From positions 19,358,520-19,422,519 of the forward strand of contig JAUZTB010000001.1 of NCBI GenBank assembly GCA_034780895.1: a stretch of 64,000 bases of DNA. The letters run 5' to 3'. This DNA comes from Rhynchobatus australiae. Taxonomy: Eukaryota. Of this stretch, positions 39,101 to 51,942 are shown one piece after another; the first letter of the stretch is position 1, and each line of letters begins with the position of its first letter. The position numbers and the translations under genes are program-made. Below the pieces are notes generated by a model, which searched no databases, was not told where the DNA came from, and was given only the letters and a program-made list of their open reading frames with translations.

Positions 39101-41210
39101 TCACTTCATCATTGATATGGTATTGGCATCATACCAAACCAAACTCTTGAATGTACATTAGATCAATGACTTACTGCTGCTAATGTAACCTCATGTCAGT
39201 TGGTGGCTTATCAACTTCAGGCCACAAAATCAATGATTATTTGTGAAGCAGAAGCCACCATCACTAATGCCACAATTTGGATTTACGAAGCACCTTTGAA
39301 GGATAAATTACCCGAGTTACTTCAGATGTTTTCATCAAGTTTATGAATTTGAGTTTAAATCAAACATGGAAATTCACAGTGGTCGAGAACAAAATAATTT
39401 AATTGAAGAATGTGCTTGTTTTCAAACAAATGTCATTTTGTCAGCTAGCTTGTTAGTAATATTGCCTTTTCAACCAGATACTACATGCTTGAGGTCCTTA
39501 CGGTACAAGTCTTGAGAAAATGTTGTAATGTTGATGGTGCCACTTTTCATTTGCATTGTAAATGATATTCCATCTGTACAGGTAGCCAAAGATCCTATAG
39601 TATTGTTCAAAGAGTAGGGGCTGGTAGGGGAGGTGGAGTTCCTTGTGGCTTCTGACAAATATGAATCCATTCCTCAAGCAGCACCACAAAAGTTTAAATG
39701 GTCTACTACTAATGGAATATTTTTGCCAAGATGTCAATGGTATCTGCACTTCAAAATAATTAACTGGCTTGGCAGCACTTTGGGTTAAAGAAATAAAAAG
39801 TACTATAATTGCATGTTGTTTCTTTTCTAAAGATGACAGCAGAGAGAATTGAAAACCAGTTAACCAAAGTATCTTGCTTCAGAGTTTGATACATATTGAT
39901 AACTATTTGAATATTAGTTGAGAATGCAGTATATGTTCACTAAATTACTGAAATGGGAAAAAAAAAAGTGGTTTTTGCATATTCCTCATCTGTAATGAGC
40001 ACAGCTTGGTGATCCAACAACGCTTTCCAAAGTTTAATTGGTAAGAAATCTGCTATACTGCTATCATATTAACCTTAGAAGCAATTTATGGTGTTTGACA
40101 ATCAACAGAATTTTAGTTTAACAAAAGATAGTTTCCATTGTACTCTAAAAATGGCCATAATTAATGAATGCACTCATCCCTGTATTACTACAAAAAGTAA
40201 ATTTTAACATTAAAAATCAATGACAGTTAAATTATTGTTGCATTCATTACACCCACTGATCTGGGAAAGTGTTATCCATCTGATTTCAAAATTTTCAGCT
40301 GCATTTTATTTTCTCATATTTGTTTGCTGGTATAGAAGTAGTTTCATCATGGTTAATGCTCACAAACTGGATATTAATGAGGTTAATTTTAAAACTAGAC
40401 AATTTAATTTTACAACCAAGAAACACTTCCCTCTAATGTTAAAGTCAGATGGCAAGTTTAGTATCAGCCTTGGCTCAATACTAACACTTGAAAATTCAAG
40501 CGTCAAGCTCTATAGCAGGGCCCAAGCATGCAGTTTAGGTTGATACCTGAGTGTAATGCTGATGGATGTGGAATTTGCTGCCTATTGCTTTTTTGGTGAC
40601 ACTAATGCCTCAGTTAGCACTTTAGACATCAGCTTGCCCAAACAGATGTACCACTGTACACTACAGCGTAATTCAGCCATAAATCAACCTACTTTATTCA
40701 TTGACAATTTCCTTGCTTCTGTTAATGGTTGGGAAAAAGAATTAGGGGGAGATTGGGATAAGGCGGCAGAGGTTAACTTGGAAGCCCACCACAGCACAGG
40801 GATGCAGAGAGGCTTTATTCTTCCTCCAATCATTTTAAATAAATTATTTGCACAGGGTTGTTTGCCAAAAAAAAGCCTTTGACAGCCAGAAGCCAGTTCC
40901 CAGTCAGTGTTTAGTAATCAGATAGACAGACTTTAAGGTAAGGAGTGAGAAATTTAGNNNNNNNNNNNNNNNNNNNNNNNNNNNNNNNNNNNNNNNNNNN
41001 NNNNNNNNNNNNNNNNNNNNNNNNNNNNNNNNNNNNNNNNNNNNNNNNNNCTTTTTAGAAATGTTTAGATGAGTAAACAAAACACCACAGCATAGAAGGC
41101 TATGTGCCGAGTGCTGGAAAATGGATTAGTGTAGACAGGGAGTTAACTGCCAGCACTGACAGAGGTCTGAATGCCCTGTTATCACGCTATAAAACATTGT
41201 AGCTCTAATT

Positions 41211-41415
41211 GAGGGTGGCATGGTAGCTTAGCGGTTAGCATGATGCTATTATAGCAATTGGGGTTCAATTCCCATTGCTGTAAGAAGTTTGTACATTCTC
41301 TGTCTCCATGGGTTTCCTCCCGCATTCTAAAGATGCACAGGTAGGTTAACATGGGTTTAAAATGGGAGGTATGGACTCATTGGGCCAGAAAAGCCTGTCA
41401 CAGTGCTGTATAAAT
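41211..41415 (+). mobile_element. tRNA-derived SINE
   Basis: A-box-like TGGTAGCTTAGCGGTTAG, B box GGTTCAATTCC, CR1-like tail GGGCCAGAAAAGCCTG...GTGCTGTAT. Confidence 0.75.
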
Positions 41416-41768
41416 AGGTTTTTAAAAACGGTGATGGAAAATGTACTTCTCTTATTTGATTTTCTTTTGTTCATATTAGTCAAAGCATTCTGTGCTGTCA
41501 AAGAGACAGGACAATCCACAGGTCTTTTGAAAATTTGGGTGAAGAAATCATGATGCAAGTTGCTCAATGTCAAAAAAATGTCCTGTACCACAGTTAGATC
41601 AAAATTACAAGAGGTAAAGCATATTAAGCATATGATTTGCATTTAAAACATATATGTACAAAAAAAAANNNNNNNNNNNNNNNNNNNNNNNNNNNNNNNN
41701 NNNNNNNNNNNNNNNNNNNNNNNNNNNNNNNNNNNNNNNNNNNNNNNNNNNNNNNNNNNNNNNNNNNN

Positions 41769-41983
41769 CCCCCCACTTCTCCAACTCCCAGCACATCACT
41801 CTTGTACTTCCTGACGAACTCCTGCATGCTCTTCACTTCACTCTCTGACAAAGCCTGACACTGAAAGGGGTCCTGGTCATAGACAGGCAGCTGCCTCATT
41901 AGTTGCCTACGGCGATAATAGGCCCCTTCAGTGCCAGCAATTGGCTGCATTTCCTTTGGAATGAAATCCATATAATGAATAGC
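41769..41983 (-). CDS. LMCD1: Isolated LMCD1 (dyxin)-like PET-domain exon fragment inside an MBD5 intron, truncated by an assembly gap
   Basis: (CT)n tract plus CATTAG|GCT acceptor; [70 protein letters not shown]. Closer to recalled LMCD1 ([36 protein letters not shown]) than to testin or prickle. Confidence 0.85.
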
Positions 41984-42704
41984 CTAATGAGGGGAGAGAG
42001 AGAGAGAGAAAAGGACCTCTGTGATCTGTAACAACAAACATATGGATTTAATTCCCCTTAAATTACAGCCAGAATTTAACTACATCATGCATGAGTATAA
42101 AACAGCTATTTTCATTCACCTCCAGCTCTTCAAGTTTTATAAATATTTTTTAATTGTGATATTTTACTATAAATGGTCATAAATTATTGCCAGTGGTAGT
42201 GCTTGCATATTACTCATTCTGACGTATTAGTGGAATTCTACAAATATTGTGTTGTTTGGAACAGTTTGTGCTGATTACATTGTTCACTCCCATTAAATGA
42301 GAAATCACTTTCTCTTAAAGCATTCTGAGTTCTTGAGCCATATTTTCAATGTAAATCCGTGCTGATTATACTTGTGTAAGTGTCCTGCCGAAAATAATGT
42401 TATGTTATAACATATCAGTTACAAATAAAATATTTTATAAGACAATTCTTATCATTTTAGCCAGACAGTTCTTTGGCTCTAAGAGAATCATCAGACATAG
42501 AACACATTGGCTGCCCAAGATTTCACAGACTCAGAGAAGAGTAAATGGACATGATTTTACCAATATATTATCAGGAAATATCGTTATTGGCTGCTGTCCA
42601 GGCATGTTAAAAGGATAAATAACACTGCAGCAGAATTCCCAATCCCACATTGACACATGGACTTGCCTGGGAAAGAGGAAAGAGATCAATTGGCAGGTTG
42701 AGTA

Positions 42705-43610
42705 ATGTTGCAACAACAACCTCAAAGATGCGTGCTTAGTCTACTGCTCTATTTTCTCTACACTCACGACTGTGTGGCCAGACACAGTTCAAACGTTACC
42801 AATAAATTCACCGATGACACTAATGTCATTGGCAGAATTTCAGATAGCGATAAAACGGCATACAGGAGTGAGATAGATCGGCTGGTTGAATGGAGTCACA
42901 ACAACGTCTTAGTCAGTGTCAGCAAGACAAAGGAATTGATTGTGGACTTCAGGAAGGGGAAGACAGAAGAACACATACCAGTCTTCACTGAGGGGTCAGC
43001 AATGGAAAGGGTGAGCAGCTTCAAGTTCCTGGGTATCAACATCTCAGAGGATCTACCCTGGGCCCAACACATTGATGCAATCATGAAGGCGGCACACCAG
43101 TGGCTCTACTTCATCGGGAGTCTGAGGAGATTTGGTGTGTCACCAAAGACTCTTGCAAATTTCTACAGGTGTGCAGTGGAGAGCATTCTGGCTTGTTACA
43201 TCACCATCTGGTATGAAGGCTCCAATGCGCAGGATTGGAGGCTACAGAGATTCAGCCAGGTCCATCACGGGCACAACCCTCCCCACCATCGAAGACATCT
43301 TCAAGAGGCAGTGCCTCAAGGAGGCAGCATCCATTATTAAGGACCCTCACCACCACCTGGAACATGCCCTGTTAACATTACTACTATTGGGGAGGTGGTA
43401 CAGGAGCCTGAAGACCACACTCAATGATTCAGGAACAGCTTCTTCCCCTCCACCATCAGATTTCGGAACAGTCCATGAACACTACCTCATTATTCCTCTT
43501 TTGCACTATTTATTGCTGCAGCTTATAGTAATTTTTATGTGTTTATGTCTTGCTGCCACAAAACAACAAATTTCATGACATATGTCAGTGATAATAAACC
43601 TGACTCTGAA
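42705..43610 (+). mobile_element. Rex/Babar-like LINE, 5'-truncated RT and 3' UTR
   Basis: PQRCVLSLLLYFLYTHDC, KFTDDT, SKTKELIVDFRK, SFKFLGINISEDL; ends GATAATAAACCTGACTCTGA. Confidence 0.9.
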
Positions 43611-45628
43611 TGCTTGTCAGTTCTTCTGGCAAACACCCAAACCTTCAAAACTTCCACATTTTTGAATATATCTGTACAAATGCAAATTAAAATCTGTAAA
43701 ATTCAATTCACATCTCGTTGCAGTTTGTTCACATGATCGATACAACTCTTTAATATATTAAAATCCATATAGCTCTTTAAAGGACTTTGTCATTATTCTG
43801 AAAAATTCTCAGGATCAGATATGCTTTCAGAGAATTATAGCTGCACTGTTGGAACTGGACCATCATACTGGAATAGTCACTTTGCACAACCATTACAACT
43901 CTCTAATCATTTGTAACTAATGCTACTGAGCAAAGAAAAGACCTTCTTGCAAATAATGAAACCAGCTTACTTTAGACCTGGCACAAATATAAAACAAAAT
44001 CTCTTAAACATCATTTTTGGGAGCTGTGTATATTCTGTTGGCAGCATGATATAATAGAACCATCTTAAAAAGTTTCACAGTTACATATATAACCACCAGC
44101 AAAGCACATCCCAGGTTTATTATTGCATGGACCTAGGTGCAGGTTTTATGCATGCACGTGAATGCTTCAAAAACAGAGACAAATCTGGATCATTGAACAC
44201 CAACGCTTAGGTCATGATAATTTTGTTCAACTGTTTTTCCATTCTGAAAACCATTCATCTGCACACTTTGGAACATTGTGAGATGAGGATTGTGTTGTTT
44301 TTGGTTAAGTTTGGGCTGCATAATCTATGCTGAAGCTGAATTGGAATGGTTCAGTCCTTTGAATTTGAGTTTTACATTGGTTAGGAAATGATCTTTAAAG
44401 CTGGTTTACAAGCAATGAAATCCACATGGTAAATTATAAATCGATCGCAAATTAATTGGTTGAAATTTAGGCATAACATTGTTAATCGAGATCTGAAATT
44501 TTTTAAATTACTATCAAAATCTTGAAACCCAACATCAACCTGCTAAATTAACTATAAATCTGGAAAATTTTACTCAGTGTCTGCCTGCCTATGTTATTAA
44601 GCTGTGGGTAACATCAACCGTGTCCTATCTGAGTGCAACATTGACACATGCCCACTTTTCAGCAGGGGTTAACACAGTTCCTTCTGTTTTTGGCACAGGA
44701 CAGATGTGATGTCACTGATACTTCAGAGATTTATTACTGCAGCACAGTCTGGAACATTGAAGCCAAGACTTACAAATTTACTAAGAAATATTAAAACTGG
44801 AGCAATGCTTGGATGTTCTTAATCAGCCACTGACTACATGCATCATTCTAATCTTTCAAAGTTACAGTTACACAAGATACATTCAATACAAAATCTGTAT
44901 CTGTCAATTTTTGCTGTGAAATTCACTTTAGTCATCACTCTTGACCAAACATGTGCTGATGTATCACTTCAAATAGATTGGCCATAGCTTTACTGTCAAT
45001 GAATCTGTTTATGAAATAGACTGTTGACCAAGTAACATTACAGAAAACTCCAACACTACTTTTAAACTGGATCCACTTGCGCAATTCAAATGAGAAACCT
45101 GGAAGAACATAGCTTGTCTAATTTTTCCACATTATTCAAGAACAAACACAGTGTTTTCCTTATGTCTCACTAATATCTTTCAAGTCTGTGCATTCCACAT
45201 TAATTACAGACTAAATCTGAGGCCTTCCTCTATTGAATAGTTAACTGCTAAATTCCAAGATTCATTTACAACAGAACATTTTGGTAAGTTTTCCTTAAAA
45301 AGTTTTGAAAAACAAAATACTTTATTTCAATTACCTAAAAAAAATTATTTGCATTGAAAGTGAATATACTATTGACCTCTAAATAGGTCACAGAGTAATG
45401 AACAATAGCAAGACAATATTGGAAGTCAGTCAGTTTCAATTGTGGAGGCACTGAAAACAAAAATCAGTGAAAGATTCAATGCCATATATAAGCAAATAGA
45501 AAGCCATTATTTGAATGTTTTAAATTCACTCTGTATTTGACCCAGAACCAAAGTTTGAAAGTCAAACTCTCCTCCACCCACTGTTTCCCGAGCTTAGCAC
45601 ATTAAAATAAATGCAGAACAACATATAC

Positions 45629-45738
45629 CTCATGTACAGCACTCCATTCTGATCAACTTGCCGCTGCCATCCTATTGGAACTTGGACTGCTGATCCCCCG
45701 CCATCTTTTTCACCATCATTTTCGTTTCCTCCATTCAT
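45629..45738 (-). CDS. MBD5: MBD5 first coding exon (start codon, N-terminal part of MBD domain)
   Basis: ATG at 45738 gives [36 protein letters not shown], matching the vertebrate MBD5 N-terminus (MNGG...[17 protein letters not shown]). 110 nt ending AG|GTATAT, phase 2. Confidence 0.95.
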
Positions 45739-46313
45739 TTTCACGTTTCTGCTTGTGACACCCCAAAGATATCAAAAGTCAGATGATATCTTCGGATTTC
45801 ATGTCATCATGGTCTCTGAAACGTGACCATATGGTACAGTGCCCACTGTACGAAGTACTCAAGGAGATGTTCGGGCTCAATGAGGAACCATTTCTTCAAA
45901 AACCACCATTTTGTATAATGTCACTGTCTCATAATAATCCACATTCATTTAATGCTGTTGGATGATTCAGAGTGTTTGGAGTTGTACAGTAGTGCTACAT
46001 GGAGAGAACCGGTTGCTTCCCAATCACGATGTACATGATTCACAAAAATCCTCAATTCGGTTCTGAGCTTCAAGATAATTTATGTTATGAAATAAAACAG
46101 TTTTTTCAGCTCTACTTATTCCTGCAGATTAGTGTTGATTTTCAAGACCAATGTAATCTTCTTCTAAAAGAATCCATGGTAGGCTGCATCCTTCAATGAA
46201 CATAATTTCTTACGCAAATCTCAAGCCCAATGGTTTGCCCGTTTAACAAAGCAACCTTCTGAATTCACTTATCATTTCAGAAGTTTTGAACGAGTCATTC
46301 TTCATACAAAGTC
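45739..46313 (-). other. MBD5: Probable 5' UTR portion of the MBD5 ATG-containing exon
   Basis: Acceptor TTGTATTTTTACAG|GAC at 46313, 575 nt upstream of the ATG, with no recognisable TE sequence. Length resembles the long 5' UTR segment I recall for the human ATG exon. Confidence 0.6.
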
Positions 46314-47554
46314 CTGTAAAAATACAAGTTTGGATTATTTAACTGAAAATTGATACACTGTGCAAAATTAGCAAATAACTAATCAAATAAATAACTATGG
46401 TCTCATACCATTAATCTTGCACATATTATACACTGATATGCAGTTAAATTTATGGATTCTAATGAAACAGTAATACTCTAATGGCAACTTGAACCAACTA
46501 GAAAGCATTTGAATTATGATGAAATAGTTTTCCTTGTTTTAAATAAAAACATGGGAGGCTGATATCAACATTTGTCCTTGAAATTGCTTGGTAAAGATCA
46601 TACTTAATTTGAAACAGTAATTACATTTCTCCAAATTCAAATTGTGACTCAGCTCCAGTAACCCATATAAAAAAAATGACATCAGCAGTCAATACACATA
46701 TACTACACATTACCAAATGCTCTAAAGGACACACTGCATCATCAGATATGGAGCATCATACATTTTAAACCTCACATTTACCATTCACGTGCATGCAAAG
46801 GATTGCCTGATGTTCTTATTTGAGCAAGATATTGGTTAAATTGTCTACCATGTTTCTGTCCTTCAAAATGGAATGTTACATCAGATAGAGCAAACACAAG
46901 AGAAAGTCAATGAGAAGTTAAGAAACAATCGAATTATTCTGTAAGTAACTGAAAAAAATGTGATTTGTTGAAATAGGTTACGTTTCAAAAAACACAATTA
47001 TCAGAATCAAGAGTATGAAATTGTGTTAACTATTTAGAACCTGCACCTCTTGCAGCATTTAATGAAGTAGGTCAGATGCAAGAGAAAATGTACACTGAAG
47101 AAAATTACCAATGGCCTTGCTTCCTTTGCAGCTTCTAAGATAACATTACAGAGAAAACCATGAAATGTAGCACTTGTCAAACAGCATGAAGATGCAGAGC
47201 ATATTTTACTATACCAAAGCAAATTAATTCACTGCTGATGTCAAGTACCTGTCTACATTGCAAATGATAATTATACAAGTTACATACAATCCTACTGCAA
47301 CTGTTCATTGACCTTTATTTACCACTTTGTTTTACTATCTGAATCAGGTGAGAAGAGTTTCAAATTGATTTTAAGCCATCTTTGAGGACTGAATATATAT
47401 CTAGCACCTCGGTGCATGGACATCATAAATATTTTCATAACTTCCCAACATCAGGCTATAAAAATAATGGCAGAATAGCTATTAATAACTTTTTTTTGAA
47501 ATTCAACTACCCCTGAAACGCCCAGTGGATGCCATCTCCCTGGCCCTACATTTA

Positions 47555-48000
47555 TCTCTGGAGCATCCAGACAGTAAAGACACCCATGTTGGACCATTGT
47601 TTATTTACTTTGGCTCCACCTTGAATACTACAATTCCAAGCAAACTTCTCCAAACTCCTGGACCTGGGACTCAACACCTCACTTTGCAATTGGATCCTTG
47701 ACTTCCTGACCAACAGACTGCAACCAGCAAGTATAGGCAACAGCCCCACCACGATTATCCTCACTGGTCCCCCACAAGATTGAGGACTCTTTACCTCACA
47801 ATCCATCTCATTATGGCCTTGCACCTTTTCGTCTGCCTGCACTGCACTTCCCCCGCAACTGTAACACTTTATTCTGCATTGTTATTGTTTTCCCTTGTAA
47901 TACCTAAATGCACCGAATGATCTGTATGGAGGGCGTGCAAAACAAAGTTTTTCCACTGTACCTCAGTATATGTAACAATAATAAACCAATTTACTAATTT
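47555..48000 (+). mobile_element. Internally deleted Rex/Babar-like LINE
   Basis: RT piece [22 protein letters not shown] joined directly near 47780 to the family 3' UTR. Confidence 0.75.
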
Positions 48001-48289
48001 AAAAAATCCTTTGTTAATTTCTGAATGCTTTTGTATAAATAATTACTGGCACCTTTCACAGCACTGAGCTGAAGTTTGTTACCAGAGGTTGGTTATTTGG
48101 CAAGTACTTGTTACTTAAGCTATTTATATTAACTAGCCATTCTGAATTTTCTATGCATTTGTTCTAGTTGACGTCATTGGCTTTCTAGATAAGAACCAGC
48201 ATAAGGAAAAAAATCAATCAAAATTGGTTTTAATGATTTCTAATGTAGAGACTGCTTCTAAATTTTATTTTAAATTAGGTCTGCATATA

Positions 48290-49150
48290 TTGGTATTGGT
48301 TTATTATTGTCACTTGTACCAAGGTACAGTGAAAAGCTTGTCTTGCAAACCCATCGTACGGGTCAGTTCATTGCACAGTGCAGTTACATTGAGTTAGTAC
48401 AGAGTACATTGATGTAGTACATGTAAAAACAATAACAGTACAGAGTAGTGTCACAGCTACAGAGAAAGTGCAGTGCAATAAGGTGCAAGGTAACAAGGTA
48501 GATCTTGAGGTCAGAGTCCATCTCATTGTTCAATAGTCTTATCACAGTGGGGTAGAAGCTGTCCTTAAGTCTGGTGATACTTGCCCTCAGGCTCCTGTAT
48601 CTTCTACCCGATAGAAGAGGAGAGAAGAGAGAATGTCCCAGGTGGGTGGGGTCTTTGATTACGCTGGCTGCTTCACCAAGACAATGAGAGGTAAAGACAG
48701 TACAAGGAGGAGAGGCTGGTGTCCGTGATGCGCTGGGCTGTGTCCACAACTCTCTGCAGTTTCTTGTGGTCCTGGGCAGGACAGTTGCCGTACCAAGTCG
48801 TGATACATTCAGATAGGATGCTTTCTATGGTGCACTGATAAAAGTTGGTGAGTGTCAAAGGGGACAAACTGAATTTCTTTAGCCTCCTGAGGAAGTAGAG
48901 GAGCTGGTGAGCTTTCTTGGCCATGGCATATATGTGATTTGACCAGGACAGGCTGTTGGTGATGTTCACTCCCAGGAACTTGAAGCTTTCAACCCTCTTG
49001 ACCTCAGCATCATTGATGTAGACAGGTGCACGTAAACCACCCTTTTCTGAAGTCAATGACCAGCTCATTTGTTTTGTTGACATTGAGGGAAAGGTTGTTG
49101 TCATGACACCATTCCACTAAGCTCTCTATCTCCTTCCTGTACTCTGACTA
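48290..49150 (-). mobile_element. Rex/Babar-like LINE 3' portion
   Basis: VESFKFLGVNITNSLSWSNH, LYFLRRLKKF, FYQCTIESILS, SGRRYRSL, SFYPTVIRLLN. Confidence 0.9.
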
Positions 49151-49639
49151 ATAAATTTAAAAAACACACCTCTCCCTTTGTTTTGCACTCCATTCTCACC
49201 ATTGTCAAAAGGCAGAAGCAATTTTAGAAGATGTTAACACAAAGTGCTGAGGCACTCAATATTTAACTGATGCATTTAGTTATATAAGATAATTTCTCTG
49301 TACATTGTTGTAAAGTAATAGTTAGTGAATTAAACAATAATATAAACCAATACTTATATTTTTAAGTAGGCAAAAATCACATTTTTCTTTTTATGGATGA
49401 CAAAATTTGGGTAACTGGATTCATATTCAGTTCCCTGCACAATTACCAATCTACATTTTGAAGAATGCATTTCGGTTTCATGTTAGCTAACTAGGACATG
49501 AACTTCCACTTAAAGGAAATGTAAACAGATTTATATGCATGTTAATTTCTGTACATACGTAGATTTTTTTTTTACAGAATATGAAAAGTGATTGGGACAA
49601 AAAAAGATAAAGCTCAACTGAGGAGTCACATGAACCTAA

Positions 49640-49880
49640 GTGTTGGAATCTGGAGCAGCAAGCAATCTGCTGGAGGAACTCAGCAGGTCAAGTAGAATCT
49701 GTTGGGGNNNNNCCCGCTTGTAATTAAAATAATTGTTAATATTTTGGCTTGAACTGCATCTGTCTTGATGCAGGGTTTCAACCCAAATTGTCAATTGTTC
49801 CTTCCCTCACCTCTCCCTGCCCCCACCAATAGATGCTGCTTGACCAACTGAGTTCCTTCAGCAGACTGTTTGTTGCTTCA
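49640..49880. repeat. Foldback repeat of the same Penelope-derived family (related copies at about 1-65, 1425-1530, 33795-33920, 51030-51155, 60170-60305)
   Basis: Arms TCTGCTGGAGGAACTCAGCAGGTCAAG and CTTGACCAACTGAGTTCCTTCAGCAGA are near reverse complements. Confidence 0.65.
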
Positions 49881-51654
49881 AACTAGGAGTGCTACAAGCC
49901 ATTTTCTTTAACTCGTGTCTTTTTTTGTATCCTATGTTGTGCATGAATTTTTTGGAACCAAAAAGGCTTTTCAATTTTTACAGAAAGTAAAATCTGTTGT
50001 GCTTTTTAATACAGGAAGAAAATGACATACATTGAGAAGGACATGAGTTGCAGAGTAGAAGGGAGATATTCATAGGATTTGAAGAATGTGGGAGTGATGG
50101 ATAGGAAGAATGATCAAAGGGATACATAACAGTGGAACTAATTATAGATTTAAAAATAAGGAGACAGCTAGGAAGATCAGGAACAACTGTATGATGCACG
50201 AAGCAGAATAATAAATTGTCAATCAGCCAATGGTATTGCACAGACACCAGATGAAAACCAATTCCAGCTCGGCTACTTGCTTCCTAGAGAGAATGTGAAA
50301 TCACAATACTTCCACCATTAGTTTGAAGGGTCAAAAGCCTGATATTTCATAGTTCATATTTGACTGTTCCATCACACTCTGGCTGGCTTCCCTCATTCCA
50401 TTCTTCATGGAAAACAAAAACTCTACTGCCCCTCTTCTAACTTGCACCAAGGCCCACTCATCCATCAGCCTGTATGCAATCTACATTAGCTAGTTCCCAT
50501 TAAGCAATGCCTTAGTTTTAAAATTCTTATCCTCATTTTCAAATTTCCAAGATAGCCTCACCCTTCCCTCTCTTCATTATCTTCTCTGAACCTTCAATCT
50601 GCAGATATATCTGCAATTTTCCATTTTGGCTTCCTGATCAACCGTGAACATGTCTCAAATTTAATCATCCCCAAATCGGCAACTACATCTTCAGCAATCA
50701 AAACATCATCCTCAGGAATTCCATATTTAACCTTATTTAGTTCTCTGGTCAAGCTTATCTGCCCAAACTTATCTTACTGCCAAATTTTATTTTACGAGAT
50801 GCTTTGCACCAGTGTTAATATTTTATCATCTTAAAGGATGCCATGTAAACACAAATCACTGATGTTGTTAAGTGAAATTAAAAAATCCTGGCAACAAATA
50901 GCTGAAAACCTCAAAATCAGCCTGGTCTAAAAAAATACAGTAAAGATGACACCATTGTAGAACATGTAGATTTAAAGCAATTAACCTCCCCTCCTCCATC
51001 ACCAACACACACACACACACACACAAAAATAAAGACGCGAGACACTGCAGATGCTAGAAATCTGGAGCAACAGGTCTCGGCCTGAAATGTCAACTGTTCA
51101 TTTCCCTCCAAAGATGCTGTGTGACCCGAGTTCCTCCAGCATTTTGTGTTTGTTGCAAAAAAAAATCTTTCCTTTCAGAAGAAATCCATTCTTTTTCTTG
51201 TTCCACGTTCAGGATTACCTGATGTTGGACTACCAATTTTAACTATAAAATATTGCACCAGAATTTACATGGAATCCCTCCTATTTTCTCCTGTCTATCC
51301 TAAAAGGCAACCTATCCCATATCAGATGATAACATTCAAGCAAAACTGGTTACTGAAGAGATAGTAATGACCAAATTAGTTCACAAGGAGATATACATTC
51401 TCTTCAGTATTTATTACAGGTTAACAAACCATCAATTTGAAAAGAAACATTAAATCATTCTAGAGAGAAATACTGATGAAATGCAGAAATTAATTTGTGC
51501 CTTTTCCTACATGATCTGCAGTTTAAAACAAAAAAAGTACTTGAAACTCGTGCAGTCAAATTTTCCAGAAACTTGTAGACAGGATGAGACATCCCTCAAA
51601 AGTAGGAATTGCTGGATGATTTATGCCACTCCGACATTAATTTTGCAAAAGATA

Positions 51655-51942
51655 TCTTCATTAGTCACATGTACATCGAAGCACACAGTGAAATGCATCT
51701 TTGTGTAGAATGTTCTGGTGGCAGCCCACAAATGTCGCCACACTTCCAGCACCAACATAGCATGCCCACAACTTCCTAACCTGTAAGTCTTTGGAACGTG
51801 GGAGGAAACTGGAGCAACCGAAGGAAACCAACGCAGACATGGGGATAACGTACAAACTCCTTACAGACAGCGGCCGGAATTGAACCTGGGTTGCTGGCGC
51901 TGTAATAGCATTATGCTAACAGCTACACTACCATGCCTGCCC
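51655..51942 (-). mobile_element. Near full-length tRNA-derived SINE
   Basis: Minus-strand head GGGCAGGCATGGTAGTGTAGC, B box GGTTCAATTCC and V-like core. A 5'-truncated copy of the same family lies at about 58478-58650. Confidence 0.8.

Noticed and set aside
41624-41983. In-frame MBD5-PET fusion protein, or a processed LMCD1 retrocopy
   Set aside because: The phase mismatch with MBD5 exon 1 gives an early stop. Homology begins right at an intronic acceptor, which argues against retroposition of spliced mRNA.
51006-51023. (CA)n microsatellite
   Set aside because: Short, ordinary simple repeat.
51860-51942. tRNA-like A/B boxes (also 41211-41280 and 59638-59705)
   Set aside because: They are SINE heads continuing into SINE bodies; no complete cloverleaf was seen.
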